Below, one piece after another: positions 47,354-56,570 of a stretch of DNA of 57,368 bases. The DNA lies in NCBI GenBank assembly GCA_046595695.1, contig JBKJOI010000417.1:1-57368 (forward strand), given 5' to 3'. The notes below the pieces were generated by a model that was not told the DNA's origin, did not search any database, and saw only the letters and a list, made by a program, of their open reading frames with translations. Source of the stretch: Haliangiales bacterium. GTDB taxonomy: Bacteria; Myxococcota_A; Polyangia; Haliangiales; SHYZ01. Made by a program: the position numbers and the translations under genes. Every line of letters starts with the position of its first letter. Within the stretch, counting starts at the first letter, position 1.

Positions 47354-48319
47354 GTGAACGCGCCCAGGATCGTCGCCGTGAAGTGGGACGACGTCCGCGT
47401 ATTCCTGGCGCTCTCGCGCGAAGGCAACCTGGCCGCGGCGGGCAAGCGCCTCGGCCTCGACGCCTCGACCGCGAGCCGGCGCCTGGCCTCGCTCGAGGAG
47501 ACGCTGGGCACCCGGCTCTTCGATCGCACGCCCGAGGGGCTCTCGCCCACGCGCGCGGCCGAGCTGCTGCTGCCCGCCGCCGAGGAGACCGAGGCGGGCA
47601 TGCTGCGCTTCTCGACCGCGGTCGACGGGCTCGAGCGGCGCGTCGAGGGCGTGGTGCGCCTGGCGACCTTCCCGGGCCTGGCCGACAACTTCTTGCCCAG
47701 GATCTTCGCCAGGCTGATCGAGCGGCACCCGGGCCTGCGCCTCGAGGTCGACGTCGGCGCGGCGCTCGCGGATCTGACCCGGCGCGAGGCCGATCTCGCG
47801 CTGCGCTCGATCCGCCCGCACAGCGGCGACCTGGTCATGACCCGGCTCTTGACCTCGCGCTGGCTGCTCATGTCCTCGCCCGAGCGGGTCAAGGCGATCG
47901 GGCGGCTCAGGCGCTGGGACGACGAGCCGTGGCTCGACTGGGGCGCGGACCTCGGCCACATCCCGGCGGCGCGCTGGCTGCGCGAGCACGTCCCCGCGGC
48001 ACGCGTGGTGCTGCGCACGAGCGGCGCGGGCGCGCTGCTCTCGGCGATCGAGCACGGCCTGGGCGTCGGGCTCATGACCGAGCACTTCATGGCGGTGCGG
48101 CGCGTCGTGCCGGTGAAGCTGGCGAAGCCGCTGGCGGAAGAAGCCCAGGCGACCTGGCCGACCGACGACCTGTGGCTGGTCGGCCACCGGGCGCTGCGCG
48201 ACGTGCCGCGGGTCGCGGCGGTGTGGGACGTGCTCGTCGAGGAGCTCGGCGGCGCGAGCGTCGCCGCGGCGCGAGCGGCCCGACCGAGCGCCGCCGCGGC
48301 GCGCGCGGCGCGGCGGTGA
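47354..48319 (+). CDS. LysR-family transcriptional regulator
   Basis: The wHTH is WDDVRVFLALSREGNLAAAGKRLGLDASTASRRLASLEETLGTRLFDR. Alternative GTG starts lie at 47354 and 47378. It is divergent from the SDR gene. Confidence 0.85.
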   Translation: MNAPRIVAVKWDDVRVFLALSREGNLAAAGKRLGLDASTASRRLASLEETLGTRLFDRTPEGLSPTRAAELLLPAAEETEAGMLRFSTAVDGLERRVEGVVRLATFPGLADNFLPRIFARLIERHPGLRLEVDVGAALADLTRREADLALRSIRPHSGDLVMTRLLTSRWLLMSSPERVKAIGRLRRWDDEPWLDWGADLGHIPAARWLREHVPAARVVLRTSGAGALLSAIEHGLGVGLMTEHFMAVRRVVPVKLAKPLAEEAQATWPTDDLWLVGHRALRDVPRVAAVWDVLVEELGGASVAAARAARPSAAAARAARR

Positions 48320-49533
48320 GTAGCGCCAGGTCGCTCGGTTCGCACTGGCAAGCCGCGGCGCGGCTGATCGCGGAGAGCCGCGACGTGCTCGACGCGCGTC
48401 CCCGGCCCGGCGGCGACGAGCCCGCTCTGGTCGCGCGCGGCTGGGCATCCTTCCTGCTCGCGCTCGACGACGCGCAGCTCACCGCCATCGAGGTGCGCGG
48501 CCACGCCGCGACCTGGCCCGAAGACACGCCCGCGACGCTCGCCGCGTTCGTCGCCGAAGCCCGCGCCGTCTGCGCGATGCCGCCCTTGGCACCGCCGGAG
48601 GGCGCGCCGGACGCCCCGCCGCGCGCGGCTCGTCGCCGCGAGACCCCGCGCAAGCGCGTCCAGGTCGACGCCTTCGTGGCGCTGGTGACACCGCTCGCGG
48701 CGCGTGCGACGCGCGTCGTGGACGTCGGCTCGGGTCACGGTCACCTGACGCGTGAGCTCGCCGAGCGCATCGGCCGGCCGGTCGTCGGGCTCGAGCGCGA
48801 CGTCGCCGTGGTCGAGCGGGCGCGCGCGCTGCCGTCGTCGGGAGCGCCCTCGTTCGCCGTCATCGACGTGCTGCGCGACGGGCTCGCGCTCGCGACCGGC
48901 GACTGCGTGATCGGGCTGCACGCTTGCGGCGAGCTGGGCGACGCGATCGTGGAGAGCGTCGCGCGCGCGGGCAACTCGGTCGCGCTGGTCGGCTGCTGCC
49001 TGCAAAAGCGCCGCGCGAGCTCGCGGTCGCCGCTGTGCAGCGCGCCCGGGCTGGACGACGCGATCGAGCTGCCGCGCGGCCTGCTCGGCCTGAGCAACCT
49101 CACCGCGCGCGACGAGGGCGTCGAGGCCTCGCTCGCCGACAACCTCGCGGCGCGCGAGCGCCGGTTCGCGCTCGCGCGCCTGGTCGCCGCGGATGGCGCG
49201 CGCTGGTCGGGCACGCACGTCGAGGGCATCAGCCGGCGCGCCGCCCACGGCGACCTCGCCGCGCTGGTCGCGCGCGCCTTCGCGCGGCGCGGCCGGCCCT
49301 GCCCTTCGCCCGCGGCCATCGAGGAGGCCGCGGCCTGGGCGCGCGGGGAGCAGGCGCGGGTGCGCCGCCTGTCCCTGCCGCGATCGCTACTCGCCCGCGC
49401 GCTCGAGGTGCTGGTGCTCCACGACCGCGCGCTCTACCTCGAGCAGCGCGGCTTCGCGGTCAGCGTCGGAACGCTCTTCCCCGATCCGGTGAGCGCGCGC
49501 AACCTCGCGCTCGTCGGCTACCGCCTCGGTTAG
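48316..49533 (+). CDS. SAM-dependent methyltransferase-like protein
   Basis: The GTG at 48316 overlaps the LysR stop (GTGA). Motif I-like VVDVGSGHGHLTRELA and GLHACGELGD are present. Confidence 0.65.
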   Translation: MSSARSLGSHWQAAARLIAESRDVLDARPRPGGDEPALVARGWASFLLALDDAQLTAIEVRGHAATWPEDTPATLAAFVAEARAVCAMPPLAPPEGAPDAPPRAARRRETPRKRVQVDAFVALVTPLAARATRVVDVGSGHGHLTRELAERIGRPVVGLERDVAVVERARALPSSGAPSFAVIDVLRDGLALATGDCVIGLHACGELGDAIVESVARAGNSVALVGCCLQKRRASSRSPLCSAPGLDDAIELPRGLLGLSNLTARDEGVEASLADNLAARERRFALARLVAADGARWSGTHVEGISRRAAHGDLAALVARAFARRGRPCPSPAAIEEAAAWARGEQARVRRLSLPRSLLARALEVLVLHDRALYLEQRGFAVSVGTLFPDPVSARNLALVGYRLG

Positions 49534-49558
49534 CCCCCGGGCCTTCGGCCCCGACGGC

Positions 49559-50545
49559 TCAGCGAATCAGCGCGTAGATCTTGTTCAGCTTGCCGTTCGC
49601 CGACGGGAACCTGCCGTCGCCGTAGTCCGAGGTCGCGCCGCGGAACAGCGCGTCGGCTTCCTTCTTGCGATCGCCGTCGAGCGACTTGCCCTTCATGGCC
49701 GCGTTCAGCCGGCCGATCTTCGCCGAGATGAACGCCTTGTCGATCTTCATGCTCTCGACGGTCGCGTAGAGCTGATCGGCGGCGAACTTGGCCTTGCCAT
49801 AGTCGCCGTCCTTCATCGCGGCGACCGCCTCCTGCTCGAGCGCCTGCGCGGGCGAGGGCAGATCCGTCGGCAGAATGCCCTTGTCGTTCATCTTGCGGCG
49901 CGCCTTCTGCAGCACCGGCTCGACGTCGCGCTTGGTGTACTTCGAGCCCTTGGAGCCGTCGACCTGCTGCACGATCGTCGTGGTCGTGCCGACGCCGCAG
50001 GTCTCTTTCTCGCGGCGCGCCTGCGCCTTCTCGCGCTCGGCCAGCTCGGCCTCGCGCTGGCCCAGGCGATCCTCGCGGCGCGCCACGTCCTTCTCGCGCA
50101 GCGCCAGGCCGCCCTCGCGGCGCGCCACCTCGGCGCCCAGGCTCGCGCCCGGCACCGGCGTGGCCACCGCCAGCGCCTCGTACCTCTTGAACAGCGACTC
50201 GAAGCGGCTCGACAGCTCGCTCTCCTGCGAGACAAGCTGGGTCTCGCGCTCGATGAGCTGGGTCTCCTCCGCATCGACCTCGGCGACGTTGCCGCCGGTG
50301 GCGGCCACCTGCTTGCGCTTCTCGGTCAGCGCGACGCGATCGGCGCTGATCTTCTTGCGCTCGCGCTGCAGCTCCTCGCGGCGCGCCAGCACGGTGCCCT
50401 CTTCCTGCTTGAGGCCCTCCGCCTGCTCGACCGCTTCCGCCGCCACCTCGGGATCCGCCGCCGCCCCCGACTGCTTGTCCCCGCACGCCGCGCCCGCGAG
50501 CAGCGCCCACACCACCAACCCATAGGCCAACTTCATGGGGAACAT
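49559..50545 (-). CDS. coiled-coil lipoprotein
   Basis: MFPMKLAYGLVVWALLAGAACG (lipobox) is followed by long E/R/K/A/L heptad-like stretches. The start is 50545 or 50536. Confidence 0.65.
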   Translation of the reverse strand: MFPMKLAYGLVVWALLAGAACGDKQSGAAADPEVAAEAVEQAEGLKQEEGTVLARREELQRERKKISADRVALTEKRKQVAATGGNVAEVDAEETQLIERETQLVSQESELSSRFESLFKRYEALAVATPVPGASLGAEVARREGGLALREKDVARREDRLGQREAELAEREKAQARREKETCGVGTTTTIVQQVDGSKGSKYTKRDVEPVLQKARRKMNDKGILPTDLPSPAQALEQEAVAAMKDGDYGKAKFAADQLYATVESMKIDKAFISAKIGRLNAAMKGKSLDGDRKKEADALFRGATSDYGDGRFPSANGKLNKIYALIR

Positions 50546-50601
50546 TTTATCCCATGATATCGAGTAGCTCCAAATGGAGCGCGGACGGCTCCCGCGCCGG
50601 A

Positions 50602-51120
50602 TCACTCGATCGTGAGCACCGGCTGCTGCGCCTCGAGGGTTTGACCCTCGGTGGCGTGGATGGCCGAGACCTTGCCGGCACGGCCGGCGCGCATCTCGTT
50701 CTCCATCTTCATCGCCTCGATGACGGCGACGCCCTGCCCCGCCTGCACGTCGTCGCCAACTTTCACCAGCACCTTCACGACCTTGCCGGGCATGGGCGAG
50801 CGCAGGATCTCGGGCCCGGCGGGCCCGCGGCCCTTCGAGGCGACCGCCTGCGCCTTCTCGAGCCGGACGCGCCGCGGGTCGAGCAGCTTGACCGCCTGCT
50901 GCACGCCGAAGGCGTCGACGACCGGGTCGCCGTCCTTGTTGGGCTCGACGTCGACGCGCAGCACGCGGCCGCCCAGGTCGAGCAGCCACGCGGTCTGGTC
51001 GATGCGCCGCGCGTCGAGCACGCGCTCGACGCCGCCGATCACCACGCGCCAGCGTCCGTCGTCCTGCTGCTCGACGGTGACGTCACGATCCGTATCCCCG
51101 ATTCGGGCCACCAGCTCCAT
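50602..51120 (-). CDS. biotinyl (biotin carboxyl carrier-like) domain protein
   Basis: The C-terminal block is SPMPGKVVKVLVKVGDDVQAGQGVAVIEAMKMENEM, with the AMKM biotinylation motif. The ATG at 51120 gives MELVARIG. Confidence 0.8.
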   Translation of the reverse strand: MELVARIGDTDRDVTVEQQDDGRWRVVIGGVERVLDARRIDQTAWLLDLGGRVLRVDVEPNKDGDPVVDAFGVQQAVKLLDPRRVRLEKAQAVASKGRGPAGPEILRSPMPGKVVKVLVKVGDDVQAGQGVAVIEAMKMENEMRAGRAGKVSAIHATEGQTLEAQQPVLTIE

Positions 51121-51167
51121 GGCGCGGACTATACACAATCGGACGCGGCGTGCTATGAGGCGAGGGC

Positions 51168-52325
<1,158 letters not shown>

Positions 52326-52347
52326 CGGCGGCGGGAGGCAGGAGACC

Positions 52348-53202
52348 GTGGGCAAGTTCAAAATGAGCACCCGGCGCAAGCTGGCGATCGCGTCGTACAG
52401 CGCGCCGCGCGAGGGCAACATCTACGGCAAGCTCACCGTCGACGCCGGGCCCGCGCTCGCCTACCTCGAGAAGCTGCGCGCCGAGACCGGCGAGCGGGTG
52501 TCGATCACGCACCTGGTCGGCCGCGCCGCGGCGCTGGCGCTGGCGCGCGCGCCCACGCTGAACGGCCGCATCCTGTGGGGCAAGTTCAAGCCCTTCGAGA
52601 GCGTCGCGATCGCCTTCCTGGTCGCGCTCGAGGAGGGCAAGGACCTGGCCAAGGCGAAGATCGAGGACGCCGACGTCAAGACCACCGTGGCCATCGCGCG
52701 CGAGCTGCGCGAGCGGGCCGAGAAGCTGCGTCAGCACAAGGACAAGGAGTTCGAGAAGGCCACCGGCCTGCTGCGCATCCTGCCCACCTGGCTCATCCGC
52801 CCGCTCATCTTCACGCTCGGCTGGCTGAGCGGCGCGCTGGGCGTCAGCTCGCGCGCGTTCGGCCTCGAGCGCTTCCCGTTCGGGTCCTGCATCATCACGT
52901 CGGTCGGCATGTTCGGCCTCGACGAGGCGTTCGTGCCGCCTACCCCGTTCACGCGCGTGCCCATCTACGTGCTGGTCGGCGCGGTGCGCGACCGGCCCGC
53001 CGTGGTCGACGGCAAGATCGTGGTGCAGCCGCAGCTCACCATCACCGCGACCATTGATCACCGCTTCATCGACGGCTTCCAGGGCGGCACGCTGGCCCGG
53101 ATGATGCGCGAGGTATTCGAGGATCCCGCGAAGTTCGACGCGGCGGGCTCGACCGAAGGCCTCCGGGTTCCGGAGAGCCGGGACGCTACCCGCCCGAGTT
53201 GA
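52348..53202 (+). CDS. stand-alone 2-oxoacid dehydrogenase E2-type acyltransferase catalytic domain
   Basis: The catalytic motif is TATIDHRFIDGFQGG (DHRxxDG). There is no lipoyl or subunit-binding domain. It starts 22 nt after the ArsA-like gene. Confidence 0.75.
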   Translation: MGKFKMSTRRKLAIASYSAPREGNIYGKLTVDAGPALAYLEKLRAETGERVSITHLVGRAAALALARAPTLNGRILWGKFKPFESVAIAFLVALEEGKDLAKAKIEDADVKTTVAIARELRERAEKLRQHKDKEFEKATGLLRILPTWLIRPLIFTLGWLSGALGVSSRAFGLERFPFGSCIITSVGMFGLDEAFVPPTPFTRVPIYVLVGAVRDRPAVVDGKIVVQPQLTITATIDHRFIDGFQGGTLARMMREVFEDPAKFDAAGSTEGLRVPESRDATRPS

Positions 53203-53328
53203 GGCGGCCCCGCCTCATACCTGCGGGATCGAAGCACCACCCGGACGCGCGAAAGTGCCCGTAACCACGCGGCTCGCGAACGGCACGCCACGTGAAAGGA
53301 GAGGACTCGCCGGGAGCATGGGAAGCCA

Positions 53329-54249
53329 ATGCTCCAGTTTCCGTCTCTGCCTGCGTCTCCGTCGCTGCATGGTGCGTCTCCGTCTCCGCGTGGTGCGTCT
53401 CCGTCTCCGCATGGCGCGTCTCCGTCTTCGTCTGGCGCGTCGACGACCTCGATCTCGCCCGCGCGCGCCTCGGCGTGCGCGTTCATCGCGGCGTTCGTCT
53501 ACCTGATCGACCTGCCCGCCTCGGTGGCGGAGGAAGCGCGCGGCCCGGTCTCGGTGGCAGGAGAGGCACGCGGCGCGAGCTGGGGCCTGCGGCTGGGCGG
53601 GGGCGCGCTGGCGCTCGCGGCCACCGACGAGACGCCGCTCATGGGCGACTACTTCACGAAGGCGATCGACGTCTACAACGGCGCGGCGAGCGCCTACAAC
53701 AAGTCGCACGGGCTATCGCCGGGCATGGACGCGTCGGCGCCGAGCATGACGCACGCCGACATGGACCTGCGCACCCAGCTCGTGCTGCTGACGCCCTCGC
53801 TGGAGGCCGGCGGCGACGGCTGGTTCTTCAAGCTCGAGGCGCCCATCGGCTTCGGCGACGACGTGCGCACCTACGGCCTCGGCGTGTACCCGCTGAACGT
53901 GGGCGGCAAGGTGGCCGGCAGCGCCGACGCGTCGCTCGCCGGCTACGCGTCAGCGGGCGCCGTGATGAGCTACGTGACGTTCGTCGACTCGGACGACGCC
54001 GCGGGCGCCCTGGTGCAGGGGCGGCTGGCGGCGGGGCTGCGGCTGCGCACGCGCGGCGGCTACGCGATGACCTTCGAGCTCGGCTACGGGCTGTTCGCGA
54101 TCGGCGGCGTCGTGGACTTCGCGCGCCGGGAGAGCCTGGAGGCCTACGACCCGCGCGGGATGGCGCCGCCGCCACGGCCCGGGGAGGTGGCCCAGGGCGG
54201 CGAGCAGCAGGGCATGGTGGACGTCTCGGTCGGATTCGCGCTGCCGTAG
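53329..54249 (+). CDS. hypothetical protein with N-terminal heptapeptide repeats
   Basis: 306-aa ORF with good codon bias after residue ~60. The N-terminus is ASPS(L/P)(H/R)G x4, followed by a hydrophobic segment ACAFIAAFVYLI. Start and topology are uncertain. Confidence 0.5.
   Translation: MLQFPSLPASPSLHGASPSPRGASPSPHGASPSSSGASTTSISPARASACAFIAAFVYLIDLPASVAEEARGPVSVAGEARGASWGLRLGGGALALAATDETPLMGDYFTKAIDVYNGAASAYNKSHGLSPGMDASAPSMTHADMDLRTQLVLLTPSLEAGGDGWFFKLEAPIGFGDDVRTYGLGVYPLNVGGKVAGSADASLAGYASAGAVMSYVTFVDSDDAAGALVQGRLAAGLRLRTRGGYAMTFELGYGLFAIGGVVDFARRESLEAYDPRGMAPPPRPGEVAQGGEQQGMVDVSVGFALP
53353..53436 (+). repeat. 21-bp tandem repeat x4 (GCGTCTCCGTCNCNGCNTGGN)
   Basis: The units are 53353-53373, 53374-53394, 53395-53415 and 53416-53436. 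They are in frame with the 53329 ORF. Confidence 0.8.
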
Positions 54250-54283
54250 CGAGCATTGGCGAAGGCGGGCGCCTGGCGCTCGT

Positions 54284-55603
54284 CTACCGCCACTTCGCCC
54301 AGATCTCCTGGCGTAGCTTCTTGGCCTCGGCCGGCTGCCCGATCACGATGACCAGCTTGGTGCCCTTGCGCGCCACCCACGACTGCGCGCCCGACGGGTG
54401 CTCGAAGCGCACGAAGTCGGGGCCCTTCTCGGTCGGCACGGCCACGCCGGTCCAGACCGGCAGCGACTCGACGGCCACGGCGAAGGCCTCCCCGGCGTCG
54501 GTCTCGGTGTCCCAGACCGAGTAGGTGACGAGCACGAGCGGCTCGACCGCCTTGCCGTCGTCGGTGGGCGAGGCGTAGATCGCGTAGCGATCGCCGCCCC
54601 AGCCGGCCGCGGCGTCGTTGGCGCGTTGGTCGCGCACGCCGTGCTGGCGCCATAGCCAGCCGAAGGCGGCCTCGCCGAGCACGTTCTGCTCGACGATCTT
54701 CCACTTCTTGAGCGACGGCAGGGCCGCCGCGGCCTTCACCTTGATGGGCTTCTCGCCGGCGAAGTACTTCTCCGGGTGCATGACCTGCTCGGTCGACGCC
54801 GGCGGGGTCTTGAACATGTCGTCGACGCGTGACCAGGGGTGGTGCCGGCGCGTGTGCGCGACCAGCTTGAGCCCCGACAGGTACGGGAACATCAGCGACT
54901 CGCGCAGGAACAGCGGCGCCTTCGCGAAGGCCTCCATGCCGGCCACGCCGGTCGTCTGCGTCGCCATCGCGTTGGCGACGGTGTCGTCGACCCACGGGTC
55001 GACCTTCACGCCCATCTCCTGGAACATGAACTCGATCATGAGCGCGACGCCGTCGCCCTCGACGAGCGCCTGGCGCGCGAGCGCGGCGTCGCCGTCGTCC
55101 TTCACGACGCTGGTGAACTTCTGCAGGTCGAAGCTCTGGTCCTGCAGCGCGTGGCAGATTTCGTGCGCCATGACGATGCGCTGGGTGGTGACGTCGATCC
55201 AGTCGGCCAGGTAGAGCTCCTTGGCGGCCGGGTCGTAGAAGCCAGCGATCTGCTCGCTGAGCAGCGCCAGGATGATCTTCTTGTAGTCGGCGTCGGCAGG
55301 CAGGAAGCCGAACTTCTTGGCGGCGCGCTCCTCGCCGGCGAGCTTGGCGTCGGAGTACTCCTCGCCGATCCGCTGCATGACGCGCGCCTCGACCTGCTCG
55401 CGCGACATGATGCCGCGCGCGACCGGGGTCTTGATCGGCAGGCCGCGGATCTTGGAGACCTTGAGCGCGATGGCGTCGGTGTCGGCGAGGAGCTGCTCGA
55501 GCTCCTTCTTGTCCGGCTTGCCGACGGCGACCGCGGTGAAGGCGACGAGGGAGGCAGCCGTCGCGAGGAGCGCGAGAGCCAGGGGACGAGAGCGCGGTCG
55601 CAT
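54284..55603 (-). CDS. secreted putative zinc metallopeptidase (HExxH)
   Basis: The signal is MRPRSRPLALALLATAASLVAFTAVAVG. MAHEICHALQDQ carries the HExxH motif, with LVEGDG downstream. Confidence 0.65.
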   Translation of the reverse strand: MRPRSRPLALALLATAASLVAFTAVAVGKPDKKELEQLLADTDAIALKVSKIRGLPIKTPVARGIMSREQVEARVMQRIGEEYSDAKLAGEERAAKKFGFLPADADYKKIILALLSEQIAGFYDPAAKELYLADWIDVTTQRIVMAHEICHALQDQSFDLQKFTSVVKDDGDAALARQALVEGDGVALMIEFMFQEMGVKVDPWVDDTVANAMATQTTGVAGMEAFAKAPLFLRESLMFPYLSGLKLVAHTRRHHPWSRVDDMFKTPPASTEQVMHPEKYFAGEKPIKVKAAAALPSLKKWKIVEQNVLGEAAFGWLWRQHGVRDQRANDAAAGWGGDRYAIYASPTDDGKAVEPLVLVTYSVWDTETDAGEAFAVAVESLPVWTGVAVPTEKGPDFVRFEHPSGAQSWVARKGTKLVIVIGQPAEAKKLRQEIWAKWR

Positions 55604-55723
55604 GGGGCTAGTCTAGGAAACGCTCGACGACCCGCAAGTATTCACTTCCGGGGTGCTCGCCGCTCGCGGCGCTGCGTCACTCGTCGCGGGGCAGGAACAG
55701 GAACGCCTCGCACGGCGCCTCGT

Positions 55724-56437
55724 TCAGGAAGTCAGGCCCTCGCCGAGAGCGTGGTAGTGGGGCAGGACGTAGTAGATCTTGAAGTCCATCGGGCGGCCGA
55801 CGATCTCCTGGTGCTTGTCGGCGAGGTCGCAGCTGGTCGAGAAGCGCGAGCGCGCCAGCGGCGGCAGTGCGAGCGACTGATTCTGGAACGACAGCGCGTG
55901 CAGCCGCTTGGTGACCTGGGCGTACGGGATCGCGGTGAGCTCGAGCGACAGGTGCGTCGCCAGCGCGCCGTCCGTGGTGTTGAGGGCATGGGTCGCGCCG
56001 ATCACGCGCGCGTGCGCCGGGATGACCAGCGCGTGGCCGGGGGCGAACTTCTGCACGTCGCGGGTGGCCTGCGTCGACTGCGCCGTCAGCACGCCGCCCT
56101 GGATACCTGCCGACACCTGGTCGAAGTCGCGTTCGTCACACGGCCAGACGCCGTCGGGGCCAGGGAAGGCGTCGTCGGGCACGAACAGCCAGTTGGAGTG
56201 GTGCCACCCCAGCCCGGCCCCGAGCTCGACCTCGTTCACGTAGAGCGGCTCCTCGTTGCCGATGGTCCAGCTCTGGCAGAGCTCGCTGATCTCCTGGCCG
56301 GGCGCCACCGCCACGTCCGGGAACTCGTGCGTCCAGTTGTCCTGGAAGGCTGGCGCCGCGTCCGGCGCTGCGCCCGGGTCTTCCGAGCACGCTCCGAGGC
56401 CCACCACCGCCACCGCCGCAATCATAACGTGACGCAA
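55724..56437 (-). CDS. lipoprotein with HH...H...HxH pattern (possibly truncated Cu-monooxygenase-like)
   Basis: The TTG at 56437 (or the ATG at 56425) gives (M)RHVMIAAVAVVGLGAC (lipobox). Codon bias is good. See the finding on truncation. Confidence 0.6.
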   Translation of the reverse strand: MRHVMIAAVAVVGLGACSEDPGAAPDAAPAFQDNWTHEFPDVAVAPGQEISELCQSWTIGNEEPLYVNEVELGAGLGWHHSNWLFVPDDAFPGPDGVWPCDERDFDQVSAGIQGGVLTAQSTQATRDVQKFAPGHALVIPAHARVIGATHALNTTDGALATHLSLELTAIPYAQVTKRLHALSFQNQSLALPPLARSRFSTSCDLADKHQEIVGRPMDFKIYYVLPHYHALGEGLTS

Positions 56438-56455
56438 TGGTCACTGTTTACCACG

Positions 56456-56528
56456 GAAAGTAAGATCCCGACCACCGTCCCCGAAAGTAAGAAAGTAAGA
56501 CGGGGACGGTGGTCGGGATCTTACTTTC
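56456..56528. repeat. palindromic intergenic element, copy 3 (permuted)
   Basis: The arms at 56456-56482 and 56502-56528 are exact reverse complements (27/27). The loop is GAAAGTAAGAAAGTAAGAC. Confidence 0.85.
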
Positions 56529-56570
56529 GGCTTTGCCTTTGGCCGGGCGTCGACTACGAACTGCGTTCGG

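Noticed and set aside
46214-49533. Composite track ORFs 46214-48448 (-), 46271-48319 (+) and 47335-49533 (+)
   Set aside because: Each merges a real gene (SDR, LysR, methyltransferase) with a long spurious GC-rich extension. I trimmed them to starts that give recognisable N-termini.
55604-55740. Possible frameshifted continuation of the HH/HxH lipoprotein gene
   Set aside because: The alternative frame adds only 20 codons before another stop. It cannot restore a full-length C-terminal domain, so the ORF is kept as is and the truncation is flagged in the findings.
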